This document shows positions 52,291 to 64,000 of a stretch of DNA of 64,000 nucleotides, piece after piece. A program made the translations under genes and the position numbers. The stretch lies in the NCBI RefSeq assembly GCF_009914755.1, contig NC_060933.1; one strand, given 5' to 3'. Source of the stretch: the human T2T-CHM13v2.0 reference genome, Homo sapiens. The notes under the pieces were generated by a model, which was given only the letters and a program-made list of their open reading frames with translations, was not told where the DNA came from and ran no database searches. Numbering within the stretch: the stretch's first letter is position 1; each line of letters starts with the position of its first letter.

Positions 52291-54534
52291 GGATTAGAAC
52301 ATTTTTCAGTGGAATATTTTCAAATCTCTACTCCAATGTTATTTACTATAATTTAACAGGCTACCTCTATTCTACTTTTAGATAGGAGTAGAAAAGTAAG
52401 TGTGTTGGACATCTATATTACTGAGAACTGTAACTACAGTTTAACAAAGTGCTGACAAAGATTTTGGCTCAGGTGACCCTCAGAAAAACAAGGAAACAGC
52501 ATAATACGGTGGGAAGATAATTTCAAACTGGAAATATCTGTTTCCAAACATAGGCTCTTATATAGAATAACCATGCTATCTTTGGTGGTGTCTTTGACAC
52601 GTTTGTAAAATGGAATAATACCTATAGTGTCAGATATTTTATTCTCAGAATTAAAGTAGCTATTATGTGTACGGTGATAGGCAAATGTTATACTTTCAAC
52701 GATCTATAGCTATATAAGAAGAAAATCGGAAAATTTTTGTCGTTATGTATATTTAATGATTTGGGAACCTAGGGTTCAGAGACTAATTGTTTTATGGATA
52801 GTGGATAGAAGGGCTGGGGCTGGAACCTGATTGCTGGTGAGAATTTCATAAAGTTATCTGCCACTAATTTATGAATCTAACTTTTAACTAAAGAAAGAGG
52901 TACACATAAAATTTTCAAAAATATAAATAATATAAATTTCTTATATTCCAAAAAAGTCTGAAATGATTAGAAATTAGTATTAATAATTAAAAGAGACTCC
53001 ACTTGCCAAGGCAAAGGATTCATCTCTTCTAAATGAAGAACTGCATGCTAGATCTCAAATAAAGATGGAACCCATAAAGAGAGTAGCCACAGAAAGAGTC
53101 AGGTTTAAATTAATTATTTTTATGGCAGGTCACACCCCCACAGCTTTCCTAATTAAGTATTAAGAAATTCTAAGGTACAACCTAGTTTCAAGTGATTTTA
53201 AATTATTCCTTTTTGATTAAAATATTATATAAGCAAAAAGGTGAGTTTTATGAATTTGAGGAGAACAATTTTTGGGGAACTTGCTTATGTTCAAGTTGTT
53301 TAGTTGAGCTTTATGAAGATTTACATTTCTCTTCTGCAGGTTTGGAGGAAAGTAATTCATGCTGTGAACTGTATGGATAAAATTCTGTGCAATGCCAGCT
53401 CAGTCTTTTCTTGTGTGCCACAAATCTTCAATATAGGAATAACAATATTTCTTCTAAAAAGGCTTTCAGTTATTGTCTCTTACCATGCAAAATTATATAT
53501 GTGTATGCTTTTCATAATGTTAAAGTAAAATACAAATGTTATAGTTAATTCCAATGCATTCAGCTTGGGAATGTTTTATTTAGGGAAATTTTCAGGGTGA
53601 TCTAAGTTAGAATTATTTAATTTTTATTTTAATTCCTAAAAAATACATTTTAAAATACAGTATATGCACACTGAAATTAAGAAACACAATCCTTCTGTTA
53701 ATGTTACCACGTCACGTAAGATTGAGTGCTTAGTAATTGTTGAATTAAAATATAATAACTTAATTATATTTTAACACTTTAATGCATGTTTTCCACAATA
53801 AGTAATAGACAAGGAATTCATTTCTAGTCAAACTATTCACATAGTCAAACTATATGCATTATGCTTTTGTTTACCACTATATCTGAATGCTGAATGATGA
53901 TTTGTAATATTATTCACAAAGGGAAATTAAGCACATGGTTGTTAAATAGTGAAACATGAACCACCTTCAAATCATCTCACACTTCTGTAGTATATTTTTT
54001 CATGTCGTTTCATGCAATTGTCAAAACAACATTTAAATTATTTTGTTATAGTATTAGAATAATATGTATAATTATTTAAAGGAAACAGTTCTATTTTAAT
54101 TTACTATTTGTTGTAAATTGAAATTAAAGGATTCTATTTTATCTTTTTTACAAAGTAGTTTTAAATATTAGGTTTTGCAGGTAATACAGCAATTATTTTC
54201 TTTTCAATGCTGATTATAAATGGGGCCACAGTAAATGCAGTAGTTAAGAGAACTGATTCTAGAATCAGACTCTTGGGGTGCAAATCCATGCTCACAAAAT
54301 TTATAAGTCTAAGTGAACCTTCCATCTTGGAGAAGTGTGGACATTTTTTTTATAGGATTTAACAGGACATGGTCAACAGAGTTTAGCTCATTTTAGAAAT
54401 AGTTGGTCAAGGACAGTTCTCAGGAAAAGGGATTTTTTTAATGATATATTAGCCATTGCTTGTACAGTTTAGATTTGATCACAGGGAATCAGAAGAGTTA
54501 GTGACTAAAATAATGTGCACGCATTGGTGGAGAG

Positions 54535-55540
54535 ACAAAGGCAACAACAACAAAATAAATAAATTGGACTATGTAAAAATTAAAAACTGTGCATCAATGG
54601 GTTTAGCCAATAGGGTAAAAAGGTGAGCTATGGAATGAAAGAAAATATTTGTAAATCATATACCTAATACAAAGTTAATATGTAGAATATATAAAGATCT
54701 ACAACACAGCAACAACAAAAGCCATACACTGTAATTAAAAATGGGCAAATAATTTGAATAAACATTTCTCCACAAAAGATAACTGCCCAAGAAGCATGTA
54801 AGAAGATGCCCAACATTACTAATCACTAGGGAAGTGTAAGTTGAACCCACAGTGAGATACCACCTCACACCCGTTAGCATGGCTACTATAAAAAAAAAAA
54901 GATAAAATATTTTAGTGACAATGTGAGAAATTAGACAATTGATAGAAATGTAAAATGGTACAGCATCTGTGGAAAACAGTATGATCGTTCTTCAAAAAAT
55001 TAAAAGTAGATTTGCCATATGATCCAGCAATTCTACTTCTGGGTATATACCCTAAAGAATTGAAAGAAGAGTAATGAAGAGATATTTGTATACCCCTGTT
55101 AATGCTCATAGCATTACTCATAATAGCCAAAAGGTGGAAGCCACCTAAGTGTCCACTGATAAGTAAAAGGATAAATAAAATGTGGTATGGACATACAATG
55201 GAGTATTAGCCTTAAAAATGAATTCAATTCTAACACTTGGTACGCCATGGTTGAACCCTTGAGAATATTATATTCGATTAATTTAGTTAGTCAGAAAAAG
55301 ACTTATAGAAAGATATGGCAAATTGTCAAATCCATGGGGACAAAAGTAGAATGGTAATTAACAGGCTGGTAGAAAGGAAAACAATAACTGTTGTTTAATG
55401 GGATTAGAGTTTTAGTTTTGCAAGATGAAAGGAGTTCTGATGATTGGTTGCAAAACAATGTAAATGTACTCAACAATACTGCACTGTACTTAAAAATAGT
55501 CGAGATGGCAAATTTTGTTTTATATGTCTTTCATTAACAT
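54535..55540 (+). mobile_element. L1MB-like 3' fragment
   Basis: ORF2 C-terminus (gagataccacctcacacccgttag); 3' UTR gttttagttttgcaagatgaaaggagttctg...aaattttgttttatatg. Confidence 0.85.
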
Positions 55541-55569
55541 TATTATGAAGAGAGAATATTGGAGATACG

Positions 55570-55770
55570 GACTTGCAAGAGTCACAGTGAAAATTCCTCA
55601 GAGCATTATGTTTCTTACAGTAATATCAGGCAAGTTATTTATCTTTCTCTGCTTCCGTTTTCTTATATTTAAAAAAGTAGCACCTTCTTTGTTGGGAAGA
55701 TTAATTGTTTATACATTTAAGATCCTTCAAACAATTCTTGGAACATCATAGCATATTAAAACTGTTCACA
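55570..55770 (+). mobile_element. MIR relic
   Basis: ggcaagttatttatctttctctgcttccgttttcttatatttaaaa core. Confidence 0.6.
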
Positions 55771-57395
55771 ATTACTATTTTAATTCAAATTGAATTCCTT
55801 TTACCAGTAGATGATAGCAGGAGGGAGAAATTGCCCATAGTTGCAACTACAGTGAAAACCATTAAAAGCTGTATCATCATCTCAATAGTATCAAAAAGTT
55901 ATGTCTTGAAGTAGCCTTTATCAATTTATAGCTTTTTTCAAAAATGTAATATGCCTTAGCTTTCAAAATACTTGTCGAAATATACTGAGTAGCACTTTAA
56001 TTCAACCCCAAAATTTATGTGTTAAATTTTACCGTTTATTTTAAAAGAACTTTACAACACAATTTGATTTCTGTTAAATTCACTTAGATAGAAGTCTCCA
56101 TGAATATGTTTGTAAGTTACTTTACCATCTTGAGAAAAACAGGTAATGCCATTAATATTTTCAGAGAATCCTAGCTTTGAAAATTACTACTTGATGTCAT
56201 AGAAATTCAATATATTGTTATCAGTTGCAGAATAATGGGATTATCCAGAGAAAAATCTGTAGCAAATACATGTTAGTAATGGTGGACCTAATTTGTGGGA
56301 GGACACTTTTTTGGGCATTGACATGGCCAAGACTTCTGAAAATGTTGAAAATAGTAACTGTAAATGATGTAAACATGTAACAGGCAATAAATACCTTTAT
56401 ACCATTTGCAACACTTTAGGAAATTCGCATTAATCTATTTTTAATCTCTTTTACATTTAGAAGTAGTAATATTACTACTACTACTAATAATACTGACTTT
56501 ATGTATCTTCAGAAGCCGTAATTAATACTATTGCTTTTGTATCATAGTGGGGTTTAACATATTTTTCATAAATTTTTTTATCCAATCTTATTTATAAGTC
56601 ACTCATAATTTTAAAAGAAATTATTTTTGAAAAATAAACATTTACTTTTATCCATCCTATAAAATTCAACATCTTCTCTCATTAAACTTTTTATGGGTCC
56701 ATGAGGAGGACTGAATTGGACTGTTTCATCTTCTTTTATTTCCTGTATTTACCCTTTGACAGAGGTGCTAATGAGCAACAAATTAGTGCTAAAGATGAGC
56801 CTTAGGAGGGAGGAAGCAGAAATAAGACTGGCATAGAAAAATGTATCAACAGAGTAATCTGTTTCTAAACAAAGGATGCTGTTTGCTCCAATGCAATGCC
56901 AGAAATTTTGTAATCCACGTGGAATTATACATACATAAGATTAGGTAGCCAGAGTCTTACATTTTCCAAGAATGTTGTTAGAGGTTGGCCATAATTGAAG
57001 TTATCTCTCAAGAGAAAACAGGTTATATCAAACCAATAATAGTGATATTATTTGGCATGGAGGATTTTCAAGAAGAGGGACTATCACAATATTTGCTGTT
57101 TAGATATTTTAAAATGTCTCAGATAGCTTTGAACTATTTTCTTTTTGCTATATTACAATTAGAATATGTAATCAGGATGTAATTTAGGGAAATTTGGCCA
57201 TTAAGTTATATGTAGCGCTCTAACATCCCATTTCTGTGTCTTTATCCTCAGTTTTGCCCACTGCATGGCACCATTTTCCATTTCTTCAAAGGATTTAGAA
57301 TGCTTGTGTTTTTATTATTCTTCTAATCTGTCCCTTTTCCTGTACAAGTTATCAAATCCTATCCAGTAGCATCTCTAACTAGTCACACATTGCTT

Positions 57396-57520
57396 TATAT
57401 ATATATATATATATATGCATATATATGTGTATATATGTATGCATATATGTACATATGTATGTATATATATGTCAATATATTAAGTCACACATTGGTGTGT
57501 GTGTGTGTATATATATACAT
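57396..57520. repeat. (TA)n/(TATG)n/(GT)n low-complexity repeat
   Basis: Directly visible. Confidence 0.9.
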
Positions 57521-57653
57521 TTATGTATTTATTTAAGTCAATATATTAAGTTTTCCAGTGGTTTTTACCATCGTATTTCGAATTCTAAATTGTTAATTTT
57601 ATTAAGAAATTTACATTCATAAATGTGCACATAACAGAATTTTTGGACTGTGC

Positions 57654-58060
57654 TGTTATAGTCTGAATTTTACACCTCTGCCATTCATATGTCGAAGTCC
57701 TAATTCCTGGTACCTGAGAATGTGATTGTATTTGGAGGTAGGGTCTTTACAAAGATTATAAGTTAATATGAGTCATTAGGGTGTTCCCTAGCCCAATATG
57801 ACTGTATCCTTATAAGAAGAGGACATTTTATAGACAAATGAGAAAATGGAAGATAATTTGAAGACATAGGGAAAAGACAGCCATCTATAAGCCAAGGAGA
57901 AAGGATCTGAAATGGATCCTTCTCCAATGGCTAGAAGAAACCAATCCTGTTGACACCTTGATTTCAGACTTCTAGCCTCCATAACTGAGAGAGTAAGTTT
58001 CTGCTTTTTAAAACACTCATTTTGTCGTACTTTTTAATTGCAGCCTAGCTAACTAATGCA
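57654..58060 (+). mobile_element. MLT1A0/MLT1B-like solo LTR
   Basis: tgttatagtctgaat...gaatgtgattgtatttggaggtagggtctttac...gacaccttgatttcagacttctagcctcc...ctaactaatgca. Confidence 0.85.
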
Positions 58061-58297
58061 GGTGGTCTATTTTAATATTCCTCAAAACATCACATAGTCA
58101 CTGCCTATTTATAAATACAACCAAATGTATTCAAGGGAGCATACATTGTAGTCTTCTCTTTTTAAAGTAAATCAAATGAAAAGGAATTCAATAAATATAT
58201 TTATTCAGTGTCTACTACTTTAAAACTTTGAGCAATACCATAGAAGATACCAAGGCCCTGGTCTCAAGAAATTTAAACCCAAATGAGGAAGACAAAC

Positions 58298-61043
58298 TGA
58301 TATTGTTTGGATATTTGTCCCTTCCAAATTTCATGTTGAAATGTGGTTCCTAATTTTGGAATTGGGGCCTGGTCAGAGGTGATTGTATCATGTGGAAGGA
58401 TCCCTTGTGAATGTTTTAGTACCTTCCCCTTGGTAATATTTGAGTTCTCATTGAGTTACTTCACATGAAATCATCTTGTTCAAAAGAGTCTGGGACCTCC
58501 CTCTTTTCTCTCTTGCTTCATATCTTCCCATGTGGCATTGCCTGCTTTCCCTTCACTTTCCACCATGATTCCTGAGGTCTTCACCAGAAGCAGATGCTGA
58601 AGCCTTGTTTGCATAGCCTGCAGAACTGTGAGACAATTACAACTTGTTTCTTTACAAATTACTCTTTCTCAGATATTTCCTTATAGTGATGCAAAAATAG
58701 ACTAACACAGAAAGTTGGTACTAGAAGTGGGGTGTTACTATGAAGATACATGAAGATATGGATGTGGTTTTGGAACTGGGTAACAGGTAGAGGTTGAAGA
58801 TTTTAGAGAGCTCAAAAGAGGATAGGAAGATAAATAAAAGACTGGAACTTCTTAATTACTGGTTAAATGGCTGTGACCAAATTGCTGATAGAGGCACGGA
58901 TAGTGAGGGCAAGGCTGATGAGGTCTCAGATGGAATTGAGGAATTTTTTGGGAACTGGAGTAAAGGACAACTCCGTTGTGCCCTAGTGAAGAGCTTGGTT
59001 GCATTGTGTCCATTACCTAGGGCTCTGAGGAAGTTTGAACTTAAGAGTGATAACCTAGAATATCTGGAGAAAGAAAATTCTAAGCAGCAAAACATTCAAG
59101 AAGTGGCATGGTTGCATCTAACAACCCATGATCAAGAGCAAATTAATGGCTTAAAGTTCGAAATTATATTTAAAATGGAAGCAGGGAATAAAACTTTGGA
59201 AAATTTTCAGCCTGGCCCTGTGATAGAGAAAGAATACCAGCAGGCTGTGAAGAAAACACTTACTAGAGAGATTAGCATGACTAGAAGGGAACCAAGTGCT
59301 AATATCTATAACAGTGTGGAAAAGGCCTTGAAGATAATTCGTAAATATTCAAGGCAGCCCGTCCCATCACTGTCCAAGGGCCTAGGAGGAAAAAGTAGTT
59401 TTAGGGTCTAGGCACAGGGTACTACTGACCTGTACAGCCTCAGGATACTGCTCCCCACATCCTGACCACTCTGGGCACAGTTGAGGCTCAAAGACCCCAG
59501 GTGCAGCTCAGGCTGCCACTGTGAAAAACAAAAGCTGCCAAACGCCTTTACAGTTTCCACATAGTGTTAAACCTGCAAGTTCACAGAATGCAAGAGTAAA
59601 GGTGACTTGGTAGCTCCCACCTAGATTCCAGATGGTGTATGGGAAAGCCTGGTTGCCCAGACAGAAGCCTCCACAGGAGTGAAGCCCCCATATAGAAATA
59701 CTAAGGTACTGCAATAAACATACGTGTGCATGTGTCTTTATAGCATTATAATCCTTTGGTGGGAATTGAACAGTGAGAACACCTGGACACAGGAAGGGGA
59801 ACATCACACACCGGGGCCTGTCATGGGGTGAGGGGAGGGGGTGGGATAGCATTAGGACATATACCTAATGTAAATGATGAGTTAATGGGTGCAGCACACC
59901 AACATGGCTCATGTATACATATGTAACAAACCTGCACGTTGTGCACATGTACCCTAGAACTTAAAGTATAATAAAAAAAAAAAAAGAAAGAAATTCTACT
60001 AAGGTAATGCTGAGGGGAAACATAGAGTTGGATCTCCAACACAGAGGCCCCACCAGAGTACTACTTAGTGGAACTGTGGGAAGGGTGCTGCCACTCTCCA
60101 GACCCAAGAATGGTAGAACCATCAGCAACTTGAAACATCAGCATGGAAAAGCCACAGGCACTGCATTCCAACCCATGAGAGCAACCATGGGAAGAACACC
60201 CTGCAAAGCCACAGAGGTGGAGTTGCTTGAGGCCTTGGAAGCCCACCTCTTGCAATAATATGCCCTGGATGTGTGACATGGAGTCAAAGGAAATTGTTTT
60301 GGAGCTTTAGTATTTAATCATTGTCCTATGGTATTTCAGACTTATGTGGAAGCAATTGTCCCTTTCTTTTGGATGATTTTTCTCTTTTGGAATGGTAATA
60401 TATACCCAATGCCTGCACTATCATATCTTGGCAGTAAATAACTTGTTTTTGATCTCACAGGCTTATAAGTGGAAGGAACTTATCTACAGATGAGAATTTG
60501 GACGTGGGTCTTGAAATCTGGGACTTCTGAGTTAATTCTGGAACCAGTCAAGACCTTTGGGAACTATTGCAAAGGCATCATTGTATATCGAAATGTGAGA
60601 AAGGTATGATATTTGGGGAGTCAAGAGTTAGAATAATATTGTTTGGATGTTTATCCAGTACAAATCTCATGTTAAAATATGGTTTCCAGTGTTAGAAGTA
60701 GGGTCTGGTGGGAGGTAATTGGATTATTGGAGCAGATTCCTCATGAATGGTTTAATACCATCCCCTTGGTGATAAGTGAGTTCTCAGTTAGTTCATGTGA
60801 GACCTGGTTGTTTAGAAGAGTCTGCAACCTCACCCTTCTCTCTTTTGCTCCCTCTCTCACCATGTGACATCGCCTGCTCTTTTACCTTCTGCCATGACTG
60901 TAAGCTTTCTGAGGACCTCAACAGAAACAGATGTTGAAGCCATGCTGTTACAGCCGGCAGCACCGTGAGCCAATCAAATCTCCCTTTATTAATTACTGAA
61001 TCTCAGTTACTCCTTTATAGTGATGCAGAAATTGACTAACACA
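58298..61043 (+). mobile_element. Full-length MSTB-like MaLR: 5' LTR 58298-58709, internal 58710-60633, 3' LTR 60634-61043
   Basis: Two homologous LTRs (tgatattgtttggat...gactaacaca); internal sequence homologous to the THE1 internal at 5977-7551. Confidence 0.9.
59709..59996 (+). mobile_element. Short L1PA (PA4/5-like) 3' end with ~50 nt inverted 5' piece, nested in MSTB
   Basis: ggtgggaattgaacagtgagaacac...accctagaacttaaagtataataaaa; TSD tactaaggta (59699-59708 and 59997-60006). Confidence 0.9.
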
Positions 61044-62589
61044 CAGATGTACAAGTCATTTTACTAAATATGTGCTAATTTACAGCTATATAGATGGCTA
61101 TCAATTTATTGCAAAGCACAATGAAGCTATCTTAGAAGTCCAGTTAGGGTACAAGGATGGGAGAAAGATAAATTACTATGAAATATATTGAGATATTTTT
61201 TCTAGAAGGAGCATTTACAGTGAACCTTGGAACCATATTTCTACTAGCCAAACTGAGTGAAAGGATGTGATAAATGAAAATAAATGGCCTGTGATAAATT
61301 GTAAATGTTAGACTATACAGGGTATGTTCAAGAAACAAAATAGGGATAGTCATATGGGGAAAGCAATGAGAAAGGATTAAAAATTATTATCAATTTAGAA
61401 AAATAATAATATTAAGGTAATTTAGAAATAAAGCAGTATACAAAACAGTGAAGAACATGCTAAAGAAATAAAGTACTAAACAATAATATTTTATACACAA
61501 TGAATGTTTCCTTAACCTCATTTTAATTGCTTATTAAATCAACTTTATGAAACCTCTCACACATAAAATAAAATTCAAATAAAAATCATCTACTTCCTTT
61601 TTAATGCAGTTACAGGTCTGGACATTTGCTATACAGAAATTCTGATTCTGCCATAGAATGAAACTGAAAAGAGTTTGGGGTAAAATTAGCATGTTTAGGT
61701 AATGATAATATTGTTTGCAGAAAATTTTCTTGTCTTTGCTATTTTTCTGTATATTCTCTCATTGCAATTTTGGTATTTTTAGTAGAGTCTTTGAATTATA
61801 TTCATCCTAAAATTCACATAATAGAGATACTCATAATTTTGGTAGAGGCTTTCATTTTTGTTGCCTAAATATCAATATTGTCTCTGGAGGTCTTGAGAGT
61901 AAGGAAACACATTCAGTTAGTGCAAGACTTTGACTGAGAATAGTTTTGTCACCTTATGTTTGACATACTATTATGCTGAGCATTATGCAAAGCAATGTTA
62001 TATAGAATCTATTTGTTCAGATAGGTAGTAACTAAATCACGAGGTCAAGAAAATTATGCCATTTCAGCCAGAGTATAATAAATATAGACTTCTTACACCT
62101 CTGTTTAGAAAATAGACTTGACTCATTTCTGACCTAATGAATCAGATTTTTAATGTCTCTTTTTCTTTATGGAATTATTTCTTGAAGAATAAATGAGGGC
62201 AAATGGAGTGACTTATTTCCTACTTCATTCAAAAAATGGTACAAAGCTCAAGTGGTTTATGTGATTGGAAAAAGAGAAACCTCACTAAATTTAATTAGAG
62301 TCGCTCCCATACTTTCTCATTTTCTTTTAATACAAGTATTTGTCTTACTAAAGAGCTTAATAGGAATATAAATGTCAATAAGGAAATGAAACCACAGCCA
62401 AATAGATAATGGAGAAATGTGTCTCCAGGCGGAAAAATAAGCCCTGGGTCAAAAAATGTAACTTTTTTCAATAAGAATATGTAGTTTCAAGATTTTCTTT
62501 GAAAAATTGACTCACATTGTTTAAGTAAGTGAGGTGTATAGTTTTAGAATGCCAAGATTGTTTCAAAAATGAAAATTTAAAATTTTACA

Positions 62590-64000
62590 CTTGATAAATT
62601 CATAGTATAATAGCATGAGGAGCCCTTCAGACCAGCTCCCCAGTGAAATGGTAAAAATCATTAGTGTGTTTCTTTTTTAACAAATACAATAATTTCAAAG
62701 CTCTGGAAATTATTCTAATGGAAGACAACAAATTAAAAAAATCTATTCAAGAAAGTGTTTGAAAATCAGGTAAATGGGAAAATGTGTAGTACTCAAACCA
62801 AGAATGTGTTCTTCCTCTACCTCTTCAGTCTAAGACAAAACCTCCAGACTAATGTAGCCAAGAACATACAGTTTCATTTCCTGCCAGCTCCAAGTCAAAA
62901 GAATTTCTTCCCAGGAGGAACAATACATTTGCACTTCTCAACTTGCCCTCTGCTACTTATTGCCATGGCTAAGTTCTGAGTAAATGTGGTGGAGACATGA
63001 GACTTCTTCCTTTTGCCCAGATATCACTTATGAAATGGAGACTTTACACATGGCACCATGAAAATGAGTGATTCCCAAGTACCCTTGCCCTGGCTTATAA
63101 GTTAGTGGTTTCTTGCCAGGAGAGACAAACCAAGAAGACCCCAGGCTACTTTCTATTTGCTCCCTTAATTCTTAGCATCAAAAGTGAGAGCATCACTCAA
63201 AGAAAAGTGTGTTCCCATGTCCAGATCCACAGCCATGGCACTGAGATATTTTCTGAAATGAGAAACATAACATAAATAGTTTCATATTTCTTCCCAAAGG
63301 AAGTAATTTAATTTGCAATAGGACCTGGAGAAGTCCAAGCCTAAGAGTGCTCCCTAGAACAGTGGAGGTTGAGCCAAAAGGCAGTTAAGAGGAGATTTCC
63401 ACACTTTATGCCTAATGAAGATTCAGGACAAATTGTAGGGTGTCCAGTTTGCAGGAGAGAGCCAAAAAAATAAAAATGAAGAAGGAAGAGAAGGAGGAGG
63501 AGGGGAGAGGGAGGAGGAGGGGGAGGGGCAGGGGCAGGGAGTGGGGGAGAGGGGGAGGGGGAGGGAGAGGGAGAAAACAGCTGTGGGGAGCCTTCCTGCT
63601 ATCAGAAAAAAATATCAAACACCTAAAGGAAGTATTCCCTTAAAGGAGCCAAAATTAGAGTAATTTATTTCCCAGGGCATTGTTGAAGATAATATCAACA
63701 GCGAGCAGCGTAGATGAACATCAGTGTGTGATCAGAGCAAGAGACCCAGAAAGCCCTGTCAAAACTATTTTTATTTCAGAGTGACTACAGCTTTATCTTC
63801 TGAGGAAAAACGCCATACGGTTATTACTGCAGTGAGGTTGGGGAAAGGGGAGGTGAATAAACTTCACTAGAATAACTTAGCCAATGTCTAAACAAATAAA
63901 CAAACAAATAACAATTACATAGTCCAGAGGGAGTAGTAAAAGTGGATATAATATATAATATAAAATGTCCACTTTCAGCAAAAAAAAAAAAAAAGACAAG
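62590..64000 (+). mobile_element. Probable old L1 (L1MC/MD) 5' UTR running off the window
   Basis: aaagctctggaaatt...tattcaagaaa and aaaatgtccactttcagcaaaaaa resemble L1M 5' UTR/ORF1 start. Confidence 0.55.
63478..63575. repeat. G/A-rich purine tract with multiple G-runs
   Basis: gaaggaagagaaggaggaggaggggagagggaggaggaggggga...; directly visible. Confidence 0.9.

Noticed and set aside
63412-63643. Poly-Pro and RG-rich ORFs
   Set aside because: Translation of a low-complexity purine tract.

Overview
AT-rich, gene-poor primate (human-like) genomic DNA dominated by nested retroelements: Alus/FLAMs, L1s of several ages, MaLR LTR elements (THE1, MSTB, MLT1), ERV1 solo LTRs, MER20, MIR/L2 relics and microsatellites. 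I recognise no intact protein-coding gene. Two things stand out. First, a ~5 kb minus-strand provirus (32304-37348) with a betaretrovirus-like HERV-K14/HML-1 shell (LTR14B-like LTRs, Lys PBS, MA/gag start, integrase tail, PPT, 5-bp TSD) whose core is replaced by gammaretrovirus-like HERV-W leader-gag-pro-RNaseH sequence, i.e. a class II/class I hybrid. I recall hybrids of this type being published, so it is probably not a new class. Second, an old processed pseudogene of NME4 (mitochondrial NDP kinase) inserted into an L1 at ~13620-14367. Family and subfamily names come from my recollection of consensus sequences, not from a database search, and boundaries of old repeats are approximate.
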